Below are positions 1-10,800 of a stretch of 64,000 nt of DNA, piece by piece. Position 1 is the stretch's first letter, and each line of letters begins with the position of its first letter. Source of the stretch: Malacoraja senta (taxonomy: Eukaryota); assembly GCA_038087875.1 (NCBI GenBank), contig CM075993.1, positions 9,674,001 to 9,738,000 of the forward strand. Direction: 5' to 3'. The notes beneath the pieces are model-generated. The model did not search any database, was not told the origin of the DNA, and was given only the letters and a program-made list of their open reading frames with translations. The position numbers and the translations under genes were made by a program.

Positions 1-3000
1 AACCCGTCCTCTGCCCATTTGAATGAGGTTAAAGAGCGAGGGAGCTGCTTAGCCAATGAGTTAATCGGTAATAGCTCACTCTTTTGGTAGTTAAGTTTAT
101 AACCAGAATACGCTCCAAACCGTTCTAAAATATTCGTAATCACAGGGAGAGAACTGACTGGGTTCGAGATGTACAGGAGCAGGTCATCCGCATACAATGA
201 GACTTTATGAGTTGTGTCGAACCGTGTAATACCTTTAAAGCCCTTCTCTGAGCGTAACCAGACCGCCAAGGGTTCTATCGCGACAGCAAACAGGAGTGGT
301 GATAACGGGCAACGCTGTCTGGTACCTCTCTGAAGGGTGAAGTGGGGCGACAGTGTGTCGTTTGTTTGTACTGAGGCCACCGGGGACGAATATAATAGAC
401 TGACCCAAAGAATAAAACTGTTACCAAGGCCAAACCTGTCCATCGCCTCATATAGGTACCTCCACTCGACCCTGTCGAAAGCTTTTTCGGCGTCGAGGGA
501 GACCACTATCTCCGGGGTCTCACTACTCGGAGAATGGATGATGTTAAGGAGACGCCTAGTATTGTGGGAAGACTGTCGGCCTGGTATGAACCGTGTTTGA
601 TCTAATGAGATAATAGAGGGCATCACTCGTTGAAGACGGAGCGCAAGGGCTTTAGAGAGGATTTTGAGGTCCACATTCAGGAGTGAAATTGGTCTATAGC
701 TACTACAAAGCAGGGGATCTTTCTCCTTTTTAAGAATTCGGGAGATAGTAGTCCACGACAAGGTGGGCGGTAGGCGACGATGTAAAAACGCCTCATTGTA
801 CATATCTCTCAGGACTGGTGCGAGGAGATCAGAGAAAGCTTTGTAATATTCTACAGTGAAGCCGTCAGGGCCGGGTGACTTTCCGCTTTGCAGCGATGTG
901 ATGGTTGCTTGAACCTCAGCAACAGTTATGGGACCACCCAAGTCTCTCGTGGCTTCATCGTCAATTCGGGGAAACGTCATACTACTGAACATGTCACCTG
1001 CAGTGGGAGGACAATCGGAATCGTATAGTTCAGCGTAGAATTTAGCTAATGCTTCATTCATTCTAAGAGGATCAGTATGAATCTCCCCTAAGCTGGATCT
1101 AATGGCTGGAATTAGCCGTGAAGTCGCCTCTGTTCTGGCCTGATGGGCCAAAAGCTTCCCAGCTTTATCCCCGGATTCAAAAAAGTGTTGCCTAGATTTA
1201 AGCAGTCGTAGCTTGGCTTTATTAGTAGACGTGAGGTCAAAGTCTGTTTGTAACCTAAGGCGTTCTCTATAAAGGTTAGGGTTTGGGTCAAATGCATATT
1301 TGTCATCAATGTCCTTTATTTTTTGTAACAGGTCTGCCGTTTGGGACGTCTCGGTTCTTTTCAGGTTGGAGACAAAAGAGATAAGTTGGCCCCTAATATA
1401 GGCTTTTGAAGCTTCCCAGAGTATACCTCTTTCTATGTCCGGCGAGTCATTCAGCTCAAAATATAAGGTGATTTGGGAGTGCAAGAATTGCATGTAGTGA
1501 GCCTCTGCTAATAATGAGGAGTTGAACCTCCACTTAGAGGGGTTAGTTCGTTTACGAAAATGGAGATCGAGGGAGGTCGCAGCGTGATCTGATATTACGA
1601 TGCTATGATACTCGCTGGATTTGATTTTGGAGAGCAGTCTGTTATCTAAGAGAAAGAAGTCTATACGGGTATAGGTACGGTGCACGTGGGAAAAAAATGA
1701 AAATAATTTAGTCGTGGGGAATGTAAATCTCCATGGGTCTGTGAGCCCAAGTTGTTTGGCAAAAGCATGCAGAGTCTTACCTGATTTAGTTAAAGTAGAG
1801 GCTTTGTTCGAAGATCTGTCCAGTATAGGGTCTTGGACCAGATTAAAATCTCCACCCACAATGACGTGGTGATTTTCAATATTTGACAAAGCGGCCAGCA
1901 GGATCCTCCACAGTTTTCTGTGGTTCGAACATAACGTTCTTACGAATCAGGATAGCAGTACCCCTAGCCCTATCATTAAATTTCGAGTGAAATAAGTGGC
2001 TAAACCAGCCTCCTTAAGCCGTGTTACGTCTCTGTTGCGAAGTTGGGTCTCTTGAATAAAAAATATATCGCCTTTGAGCTGTTGCAAGTGGGCCAAGATC
2101 CTGTCAGTCTTGGTAGGATTTCCCACCCCCCTCACGTTCCACGAGACAAATCTAAGAGTGGCGTTTGTGTTGGCCATACTTAGCTATATCCAAGCGAGTG
2201 GGCAGAGCGCTGTAGTACTGCAAGTCGAGACGGAAGAGCGCATCGAAGCCAGCTGCCAAGAGTGGGGATGTGGAGGGGGGGGGGAAGGAGTAATAAAAAA
2301 ATAATAATAATAAACAATAAAATAAAATAAAATAAAAAAGATACATACACACACAACAAACAAGTGGGACACATATCACTTAACCATCTTTCAGACCTGA
2401 GTCCCCGGACCTGAGATCCCCCATGTCCCAACTGAACCTTGAGTGCCCATTGCACCAAGGTGCGTTGTCCTCGCATCCGCATGGAGATATCCGATCTTAA
2501 CTCCCAATATTTCCACCTCCCAAAGCAACAAAATCGCTCAATGTCAGTAAAGTAACATAAAATGAAATAAGTATAGTAGTAGTAATGATAACAATGGTAA
2601 TAATAATTTGAAAAATAGAAAGTAGAAATAAAGTAAAATAAACATAAATAAATAAATACAAAGTTGAAATAATAGCCAAAGTAGTTGCACTGCCAATGTC
2701 ATTGCTAACACTAATGGTAATGATAGTAATCATGATAGTAATAATAAGACAAAGCAAATTAACAAAATGGTGATACTGAATAAGCAGGCCAACGTATAAG
2801 GGAAGCAAGAATAGCTTCCTTTGGTGTTACATAGTATATCTTAAAGTCGACAAAGTATAAAGAGAGAGTTAGCGTTGGAAAAGTTAGCAAATTACAAACT
2901 GGGCTCTTGGATTAAAGCGCAGGGCAAAAGAACATCAATTAAGTATTGTTAAACAAAAACGCTATAAGAGCAGATTGGTATTACATAGCCTTGGCTGTAA

Positions 3001-4160
3001 TGAGCTCTTATCAGCCCCAGACAGTCTGCTAGGAAGACTAGTGTAAACAAACTAGCCGAATGCTGACAGTGTTAGCAGCCAGCTGCTAAGAACAAGAAGG
3101 CAGAGACCAAGTCGCGAACCACAAAGTGGGTCCCTTAAGCCCAATTTTATAACATGTGCAGGTGAAGAACCTTTCAAGTATGATTACACATAAACAATAT
3201 AAGGAAAAGTTGGTATAAGATAGTCACGAATCGTGGTGAATTCTTACCAGCCTCATACATTTCAAGACAGGGGTCTAGTATAATCAGCAATGCCGAACGC
3301 TAGCAATGGCTAGTTACTAAGAGCAGTCAAGCTAAAGTTAGTCCATGTAACCGTAGATTAACCGGGCCCCTGTGCCACTCGGATATAGACGTACCGAACG
3401 AAGTCAGTCGTCTGTGGGTCCCGGTCTGCGTCGACGGTAAGATGAGATGAAATCCTGAGCGTCCTCTGGAGATGTTAGTCGTCGCCTCTTTCCCTCCCCG
3501 GCCATGATGAACAGCTTGGCTGGATAATGAAGGGAGGGTTTGAGACCCAGGTTGTACAGCTCCTTCATAACGTCTCGGTACGCGAAGCGTTGTTCAACTA
3601 TCTCGGGACAGTAGGCTTCGAAAATGTGGATCGGGGTATCCTTGTACTTCAGCTTACCCCTCTGCCTCCGAGCCTCACACACCACCAACTCGCGGGTCTG
3701 GTATTTATGGAAGCAGATCACAACTGCTTTGGGTTTCTCACCAGGGCTTGGCTTGGCTGTTAGCGTACGGTGGGCTCGGTCTAGCTCCGGGGCTGATTCC
3801 AGTGTGTGTTCGCCAAGAGTCTCGAGCAGGAGTTGAGAGAAAAAAGCTGTTGTTTGTGGGGCCTTCGATATTCTCGGGGAGACCGACTATCCTTATGTTA
3901 TTTCGGCGACTCCTGCCTTCCAGGCCGATAAGCTTAGACTTTAGCTTGGCGTTCTCTTCGGTCACCGTAGTTAGCATTGTCGTTATATCTCGTATGTCTT
4001 GGCTGGTGGTATCGGCAAAAGACTCTAATGACGAAAGACGGTGTTGGTGATCTAAAATAGTGGTCTGGATATTGTCCCGCTTCGTTTCCAGTTTGGTGAA
4101 CGCTGCGTTGAATTCTGCCAGTAGGTTGATTGCATTTGTCGAAAGAGGGCGGACCACGTG
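1..4160 (-). mobile_element. L1-clade LINE, 5'-truncated within ORF1, runs off the window edge; ORF1 ~4160-3404 and ORF2 from 2177, both disrupted
   Basis: ORF1 fragments EGRSRRNNIRIVGLPE and LKPSLHYPAKL. ORF2 endonuclease start SWNVRG...IQETQL; RT motifs toward position 1. Confidence 0.9.
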
Positions 4161-4714
4161 AAGGTTGCAATCTCCCACCCCATTTTTCATGCTGAATGAT
4201 TTGAATAATTTAAATATTTCTTCAGTCTCGACCTGAAACATCACATATTCCTTCGCTCCATAGATGCTGCTTCACCCACTGAGTTTCTCCAGCATTTTTG
4301 TCTACCTTCAATTTCTCCAGCATCTACAGTTCTTTCTTAAATATTTCCAGTAATCCCAATTTTTGTTTTGCACTGAAACAACTGAATTTGACAGCTGGCT
4401 CAGCCAGGGGGAGAAGATGAGACGTATGCAAGTGTGCTTCAGCATCTTTGAGTGTGGGTCTCATTCCTGCATCAATCCCTCTCCAGAGAACTACATGGAG
4501 GAAGCTCCACACCATTACTGCCTGCACTCTCATGCCCTTGGTTCAGTGCACCGTTCATCATACATTACAATTAAGTTGAAGCAGACACTTCAATACTTCC
4601 TGGGGTAATTTGCAATCACCCAAATTATATTACAGAACTATATTAGACAACCCCAGAAAAGCAAATCCTTTCCATCCTTTTTCTTGCTGCTTGAGATGCA
4701 GTAAATGGGTTTCG

Positions 4715-5030
4715 TTAGGTTTAGTTTAGAGATACAGCACGGTAACAGGTCCTTCGACCCACCGGGTCCGCGCCGACCAGCGATCCCCGCACACTAACAC
4801 TATCCTACACACTAGGGACAATTTTTTTCATTTACCAAGCCAATTTACCCACAAACCTGGACGTCTTTGGAGTGTGGGAGGAAACTGAAGATCTCGGATA
4901 AAACCCACGCCAGTCACGGGAAGAACGTACAAATTCCGTACAGACAGCACCCATAGCTGGGATCGAACCCGGGTCTCCGGCGCTGCAAGCGCTATAAGGC
5001 AGCAACTCTACCGCTGCGCCACTGTGCCGG
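4715..5030 (-). mobile_element. tRNA-derived V-SINE (HE1-like), near full length
   Basis: A box TGGCGCAGCGG, B box GGTTCGATCC, V-domain-like core (tttcctcccacactccaaagac) and a CR1-type 3' tail ending (ctaaa)n. Confidence 0.85.
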
Positions 5031-5733
5031 TTAAAAAGTGATTTGGAAGAACATCCACTCAGTCAGTAGGTTTAGCTACAGCAAAGGTATTTACTCAAGT
5101 GCAGAAAGAACGAGAAGGAAAATGAGTCCGAAGAAGGGTCCCGACCCGAAACATCACCCATCTTGTTCTCCAGAGATGCTGCCTGACCCGCTGAGTTACT
5201 CCGGCACTTTGTGTCTTTCCTTGGTAAACTAATATCTGAAGTTTCCTGTTTCTACAAGATGAAGTAACAGTTCTGGTTAATGATAATCCATTAACAGTGG
5301 TAGCGAGGCGAGACTGGACAGGTTGAGTGAAGTAATTTTTATTAATAATAAAAACGGAACGAAAACTCGTATAATTCGCGTGTCTGGCTTAGCTAACACA
5401 AACAGCTCCTGTTGCTGGGAGGAGCGCTGACGAATTAACTAAAAAGCCAATGAACGAACCCCCGCGATCACGAGATTGCTACAGTAGGAAAGAAGTAACT
5501 GGCAGCGTGCGTACGTGTGTGTTCACATCTTCTCGAAAAAGCAACGCGCGAACGGTAAAATTTTCACATATTCCGATATTTATCCCCTGGAGTCCGAAAT
5601 CGCCTTACCTGAAAATGTTGTTCTTTATTTCTCGTTTAAGAAGGAACTGCAGATGCTGGAAAATCGAAGGTAAACAAAAATGCTGGAGAAACTCAGCGGG
5701 TGAGGCAGCATCTATGGAGCAAAGGAAATAGGC

Positions 5734-5761
5734 GACGTTTCGGGTCGAGACCCTTCTTCAG
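5734..5761 (-). ncRNA. Minimal type-I hammerhead ribozyme motif
   Basis: CUGAAGA-A-GGGU(CUCG)ACCC-GAAAC-GUC. Confidence 0.7.
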
Positions 5762-5876
5762 ACTGAGGTGAGGGTGGGGGGGACGGGAAGAAGTAAGGAA
5801 GAGGCGGAGACAGTGGGCTGAGGGAGAGCTGGGAAGGGGAAGAGAAATTTCAGGTAGTCCCTGCTTTCTCCTCAGT

Positions 5877-5904
5877 CTGAAGAAGGGTCCCGACCCGAAA
5901 CGTC
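5877..5904 (+). ncRNA. Minimal type-I hammerhead ribozyme motif
   Basis: CUGAAGA-A-GGGU(CCCG)ACCC-GAAAC-GUC. Confidence 0.7.
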
Positions 5905-6049
5905 GCCTATTTCCTTCGCTCCATAGATGCTGCCTCACCCGCTGAGTTTCTCCAGCATTTTTGTCAACCTTCTTTATTTCTCGAGTTATTTATGAAAATG
6001 TTCACAAATCCGATAAAACGTAGAAAATAAAACGGCTCTTTCGCTGATG

Positions 6050-6420
6050 CCCACACTGGATCTGCCCACCTGCCGTCTGCTCGCTCTGCGAGTGACCTGC
6101 TCGCGCTGCGAGTGACTTCAAACCCCCACCTCTCCCTCTGTAAGCCTGGCCCGCCACTCCAGAGCTGTAGGTTAACCCGACGGGACAGGCAGAGTTGAGC
6201 TCCTCTTCTCCGCGCTGGCTGCAGGCCAGGGCCGCCGCTCCCATCGGTCCAGGCACTCGGGGAGGGGACGGGGATGGTCCAGTGGCGGTTCGGCAGCGCT
6301 GGAGACCCGGGTTGGATCCTGGCTGCGGATGAGGCGCCGGTCTGTGTGCGTGCAGCGGCACGATTGCTGAGAGTGTTTATCACGAGTTACCTTTGACAAA
6401 TCCCATGATTCCTTGCGTTT
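6050..6420. promoter_or_regulatory. CpG-rich segment with a ZNF143/SBS-like motif; possible promoter of a neighbouring gene
   Basis: High GC and CpG content. GACAAATCCCATGATTCCTTGCG at 6395-6417 resembles ACTACAATTCCCAnnATGCnnnGCG; TCACGAG at 6380-6386. Confidence 0.35.
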
Positions 6421-6996
6421 TTCAGGATATCGAACTCGCTTTATGAGCCATCCACAGCGTACAGATATATGATAAAGGAAATAACGTGAATAACATTTAG
6501 TGCAAGATAAAAATGCCAGAAAAGTCCAATCAAATATAGTCTGAGGGTGTCCAGTGAGGTGGATAGCAACTCAGGACTGCTCTCTAGTTGTTGGTCAGAT
6601 GGTTCAGTTGCCTGGGAAGAATTTGTCCCTGAATCTGGAGGTGTGTGTTTTCACACTTCTATACCTTTTGCCTGATGGGAGGGGTGAAGATGGAGTGGCC
6701 AGGACGAGACACCTCCTTGATTATGCTGCTGGCCTTGCATGTTCACCAGAGATGTTGCCTGACCTGCTGAGTTACGCCACCACTTTGTGGCTTTTGAAGC
6801 AATTACTATTTATTTTGCTGCAATAACATAGCATTGGGGCTCTGCTAATGGATTATTCCTGTTGACAAATAACAAAGACTCTTGTGTAACCTGAATACCT
6901 TCATGTGGAGTCTTGCTAACAATACTCAGGAGGCTTTGTGCATTGGACTTTTCACAGACCAGTAAACGGCACGACACGGATTGATGGTTCTGATAG

Positions 6997-7002
6997 TTTA
7001 TT
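6997..7002 (-). terminator. Candidate IREB2 polyadenylation signal (AATAAA), giving a ~0.8 kb 3'UTR
   Basis: AATAAA on the minus strand, followed 20-45 nt later by GU-rich gtgtcgtg/gtctgtg. An alternative AATAAA lies at 7223-7228. Confidence 0.45.
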
Positions 7003-7774
7003 CTTACAACCTATTAAAATGTACAGTTCATCAGTAGCATTTTGTACGGGAGAATCGTCACTAAATACACCTATCCTGGACACTCGTTTGTACAATACCA
7101 AAAGTTCTGATTGTAAAACTGTCATAAGGTTCTTGGCTGTCCCTTAAACTGTCAATCTCAAACCATCTGCCAGACAGCTCTGGCCCAAGGTTTTACACTG
7201 GGGGCTGCTTCCAACAACCACCTTTATTTCACAGTGTTTCAAATACTCGTCATCTTTTTTTTCCTTTTCGGTTTGGGAGACCACATACAGCAGAAGACTG
7301 AGACAAGGCCAAATCGTGATAAAGCACGATCCATAAAAAAACAAAAAAAACTGGACATTTACAAGCAAACTGGGCTTGTAGAAAAAACACACACAATAAC
7401 CCCATGATAATAAATGTGCAGGGAAAAGGCATTAGTGAATTAAATGAACAATGATGTCAAGTGGATGGCTCTCGGTCTGAAAGGGTCCGCAGAGTGGCAC
7501 ACGTGACATGTACATGAGGTTAAGTTACAAAAAAGGTACGAAAAATTATACAATGATTATAAAACCTAAAAGGAAGAAACCAAGTGTGGTTGAAGGCAAA
7601 TTGTCCGTTCACAGCCAGTTGCGAGGTGCCAGTAGACAGTTTCTGAGATATACAGTACACCGAGCATGAAGGATGCCAGCCACCATCTCCACCGCTCCAA
7701 CAGAGCCAGAGGCAACGCCATCCATGGGTGGGACCCAAACCGTGTTGCCGAGAAAGTCAAGTGATTGAACAGTT

Positions 7775-7884
7775 TTATAACATCTTTCTAGCGACATAGT
7801 TCAAAATACCACCTTGTCTGTAAAAGGTGACTTCCATTTGATTGTCAAACTTTGCTGCAGCTTGAATGCCTTTCCTGTGTTCGT
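7775..7884 (-). CDS. IREB2: IREB2 terminal exon 22 coding part (110 nt as assembled; 1-nt deletion)
   Basis: cag|ACG AAC ACA GGA AAG GCA TTC [-]AA GCT GCA GCA AAG TTT...AAG ATG TTA TAA; TNTGKAF/[29 protein letters not shown]. Confidence 0.92.
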
Positions 7885-10800
7885 CTGCAAGACAGAATAT
7901 ATGACAGCTTTTGATAATGAGGGCTCACATTGAAGTTTATTCAAACTTTGCTGCAGCTAGGAATGCTTTTACTATGTTCGTCTGCAAATCTCCCCCCACC
8001 CCCCACCCCCCTGAAAACATATGGAAGAAAACTGGCATCCAGCAAATCTTTGCCCCTGGCTTTTCATCGAGTCATACAGCACAGAAACAAACCCTTCAGC
8101 CATAGGGTAGGAATGAGCTTGAAGCAACTATGATGATGTGGGGTTTATGAATTCAGAAACCCTTGTTAGCCTTAGGCCATTGGGTAGGAATGAGCCTGAA
8201 AATTAGTTGGTTAAATCCTTGATTTTGACAAATCTATTCCCTTGAAGCGAGACGATGCAAAAGCCCATGAATCAGTTCTGGATGAGAGTCGCAAATTGCT
8301 TGGAGGACACACAAGAAACTTTGATACCAAAAGCTTGTCTAACCTCGAAAAGGTTGATTAAAAGAGTTGCAGGGAACTCAACCCTGAATATCAAAGATGG
8401 CAAACCCTCCTAGAAATCATGAGATTCTAAAATCTGTCCCAAATCTACATTTAGTAAACTTTAAGGGTCAGAATAGTGGCGCAGCGGTAGAGTTGCTGCC
8501 TTACAGCGCCAGGCCCAGGTTCGATACTGACTACGGGTGCTGTCTGTATGGAGTTTGTATGTTCTCCGTGACCTCATGAGTTTTCTCTGGTTTCCTCCCA
8601 TATTCCGAATATTGTCCCTAGTGTCTAGGATGGTGTTAGTGTACGGGGTGATCGCTGGTCAGCGCAGACCTGGTGGGCCAAAGGGCCTGTTTCCGCTCCG
8701 TATCTCTAAAGTCTAAACGTGATCGACGATGTGGACTCGTTGAGCCGAAGTGCAAAGACGTATAGGTTTATAAGTAAATTAGCTTTTGTAAATTGTCCCT
8801 AGGATGTAGGATAGAACCAGAGTACGGTGATCATTGGTGCGCGCTGACTCAGTGGGATGAAGGGCTGTATCTCTAAACTAAACTAAAGGTGAAATTTGGG
8901 TTCGGGACTGAAACGCCACCTATCCATGTTCTTAAGCGGTTGGACAGGCTAGATGCAGGAAGATTGTTCCTGATGTTGGGGAAGTCCAGAACAAGGGGTC
9001 ACAGTTTAAGGATAAAGGGGAAATCTTTCAGGACTGAGATGAGAAAAACATTTTTTACACAGAGAGTGGTGAATCTCTGGAATTCTCTGCCACAGAATGT
9101 AGTTGAGGCCAGTTCATTGGCTATATTAAGAGGGAGTTAGATGTGGCCCTTGTGGCTAAAGGTATCGGGGGGTATGGAGAGAAAGCAGGTACAGGATACT
9201 GAGTTGGATGATCAGCCATGATCATATTGAATGGCGGTGCAGGCTCGAAGGGCTACTCCTGCACCTATTTTCTATGTTTAGAGATGCTGCCTGACGCGCT
9301 GTTACTCCAGCACTCTGTGTTCTTTTTCAGTTGATCTAGTCCTTGAGGGACATGCCAGCTATCACCAAGACATCAATAGGTAATAAATGCAGACCATTTT
9401 CTATTGCATAATTCAGCCGAAATTTGCCCGTGCCAACCAGGATGCCCCATCTTCTCTAGTTCCATATCCCTCTAAACCTTTCCTATCCAGGTACCTGCCC
9501 AAATGTCTATTCAATGTTCTTTAGTACCTGCCTCAGTTACCACCTCTGTGAAGGTCGTGCGCTGATTAGTGCGGAGATGAATATCAGGGAGCTCCTAGCA
9601 TTTTCTGCTTTTATCTCAAATTTACAGCATCTGCAGATTCTTGAAACCCATGCAGTAACAAGGAGAACTTGCAGACAAAAACACAGCACCAAAGGTCAGA
9701 ATCAAACTGATAAATGAGGGGAGAGGAATTTAAGGGAGGGAGTGTAGTTAGGGAGAGCACACATCCCATATTCTATGCCACCCAACTGTTGAATGAAGGT
9801 GACGTGAGAGAACGTGAGAGAGTCGGTGTGAATAAGAGGTGAAGTGCACCACTGATATTCAGAGACACTCAGTAACTATTGAATTAATCAAATAACCAAG
9901 CGAACCGCTAGAACTAGTGAATGGGTCAGCATGGACTCAGGGGGCCGAAGGGCCTATTTCCATGCTGTATCTCTAAAACTAAATAAAGAGATAAGGAACT
10001 TCAAACTGTGCAAGATTGCTTTCTAATTTTTGTAACAGCTACATGCCTGCCAGCACTGGAAGTTTGAGAATAATGAGCCTTCATGGAAAATGCCTTTCAC
10101 ACAAACTCTTTCAACAAGCAGATAGCTGTGCTTTTACATTCTCCCCATGCCAATTCCACTTCCTGCAAAGCTGGCATGCTGAGGTGCTGAGCAAGCAAAG
10201 CCAGCACCCGATCTTCACTCTGTGCAGGGAATGCCCTAGTGTAAAGTGGGATAACATGCAACTAGTGTGAATGGGTGATTGATGGTCCATGTGGACTGGA
10301 TGGGCTGAAGGACCCGTTTCCATGCTGTATCTCTGAAACAAAAAACTAAAACCTCATCTTATCTGCACCTGGCAAAGCGAAGGAGCATGCAATTAAACTA
10401 ATAATCTGCATTGGATTTTCTGTCCGTACCGTTATGTCCACTGTTACCCCTGGAGACAGCTCTTTAGGAATAATTATTGTGTATCGCTCCTTTCCCGTGA
10501 GTCCCAGCTTATCTACAGTTTCACCCGGAAGGAACTGAAGGGGAATGACACCCATTCCAATCAAGTGGTTCTTGTGCATCTTCTCATAGCTCTCGGCCAG
10601 GATTGCCTTCACTCCCTGCACAGGATGAAACAGATGATTAGAGCAGCAACTTAAAGCAAAATTCGATGGCAAAATTCTTGCAAAGTGTGCGGAAACGAGT
10701 TGTACCAGCAAATAAGGCCCTTTGGCAGCCCAGTCCCTCGAATTACCCGAGCCGTATTTCTTCCCGGCTAAAATGATTAATGGAAAGCCTTCTCTCTGGT

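Larger units (their letters stand above)
5635..5969. mobile_element. Non-autonomous Penelope/retrozyme-like element with inverted ~100-bp arms, each holding a minimal hammerhead motif
   Basis: 14-bp TSD ttctttatttctcg (5621-5634, 5970-5983). Arms ~5666-5768 and ~5870-5972 are reverse complements. Confidence 0.75.

Noticed and set aside
4940..5030. tRNA gene (also similar heads at 8470, 47040, 51335, 52570, 56605)
   Set aside because: A/B boxes continue into a SINE core and LINE-derived tail; no complete cloverleaf.
6002..6361. ORF containing MGAAALACSQRGEEELNSACPVG as first coding exon of a neighbouring gene
   Set aside because: No similarity to a protein I recognise and no convincing donor; partly overlaps SINE- and Helitron-related sequence.
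7185..7215. CAGUGU in the IREB2 3'UTR as an autoregulatory IRE
   Set aside because: Flanks (cccc / aaaa) cannot form the 5-bp upper stem, so there is no IRE hairpin.
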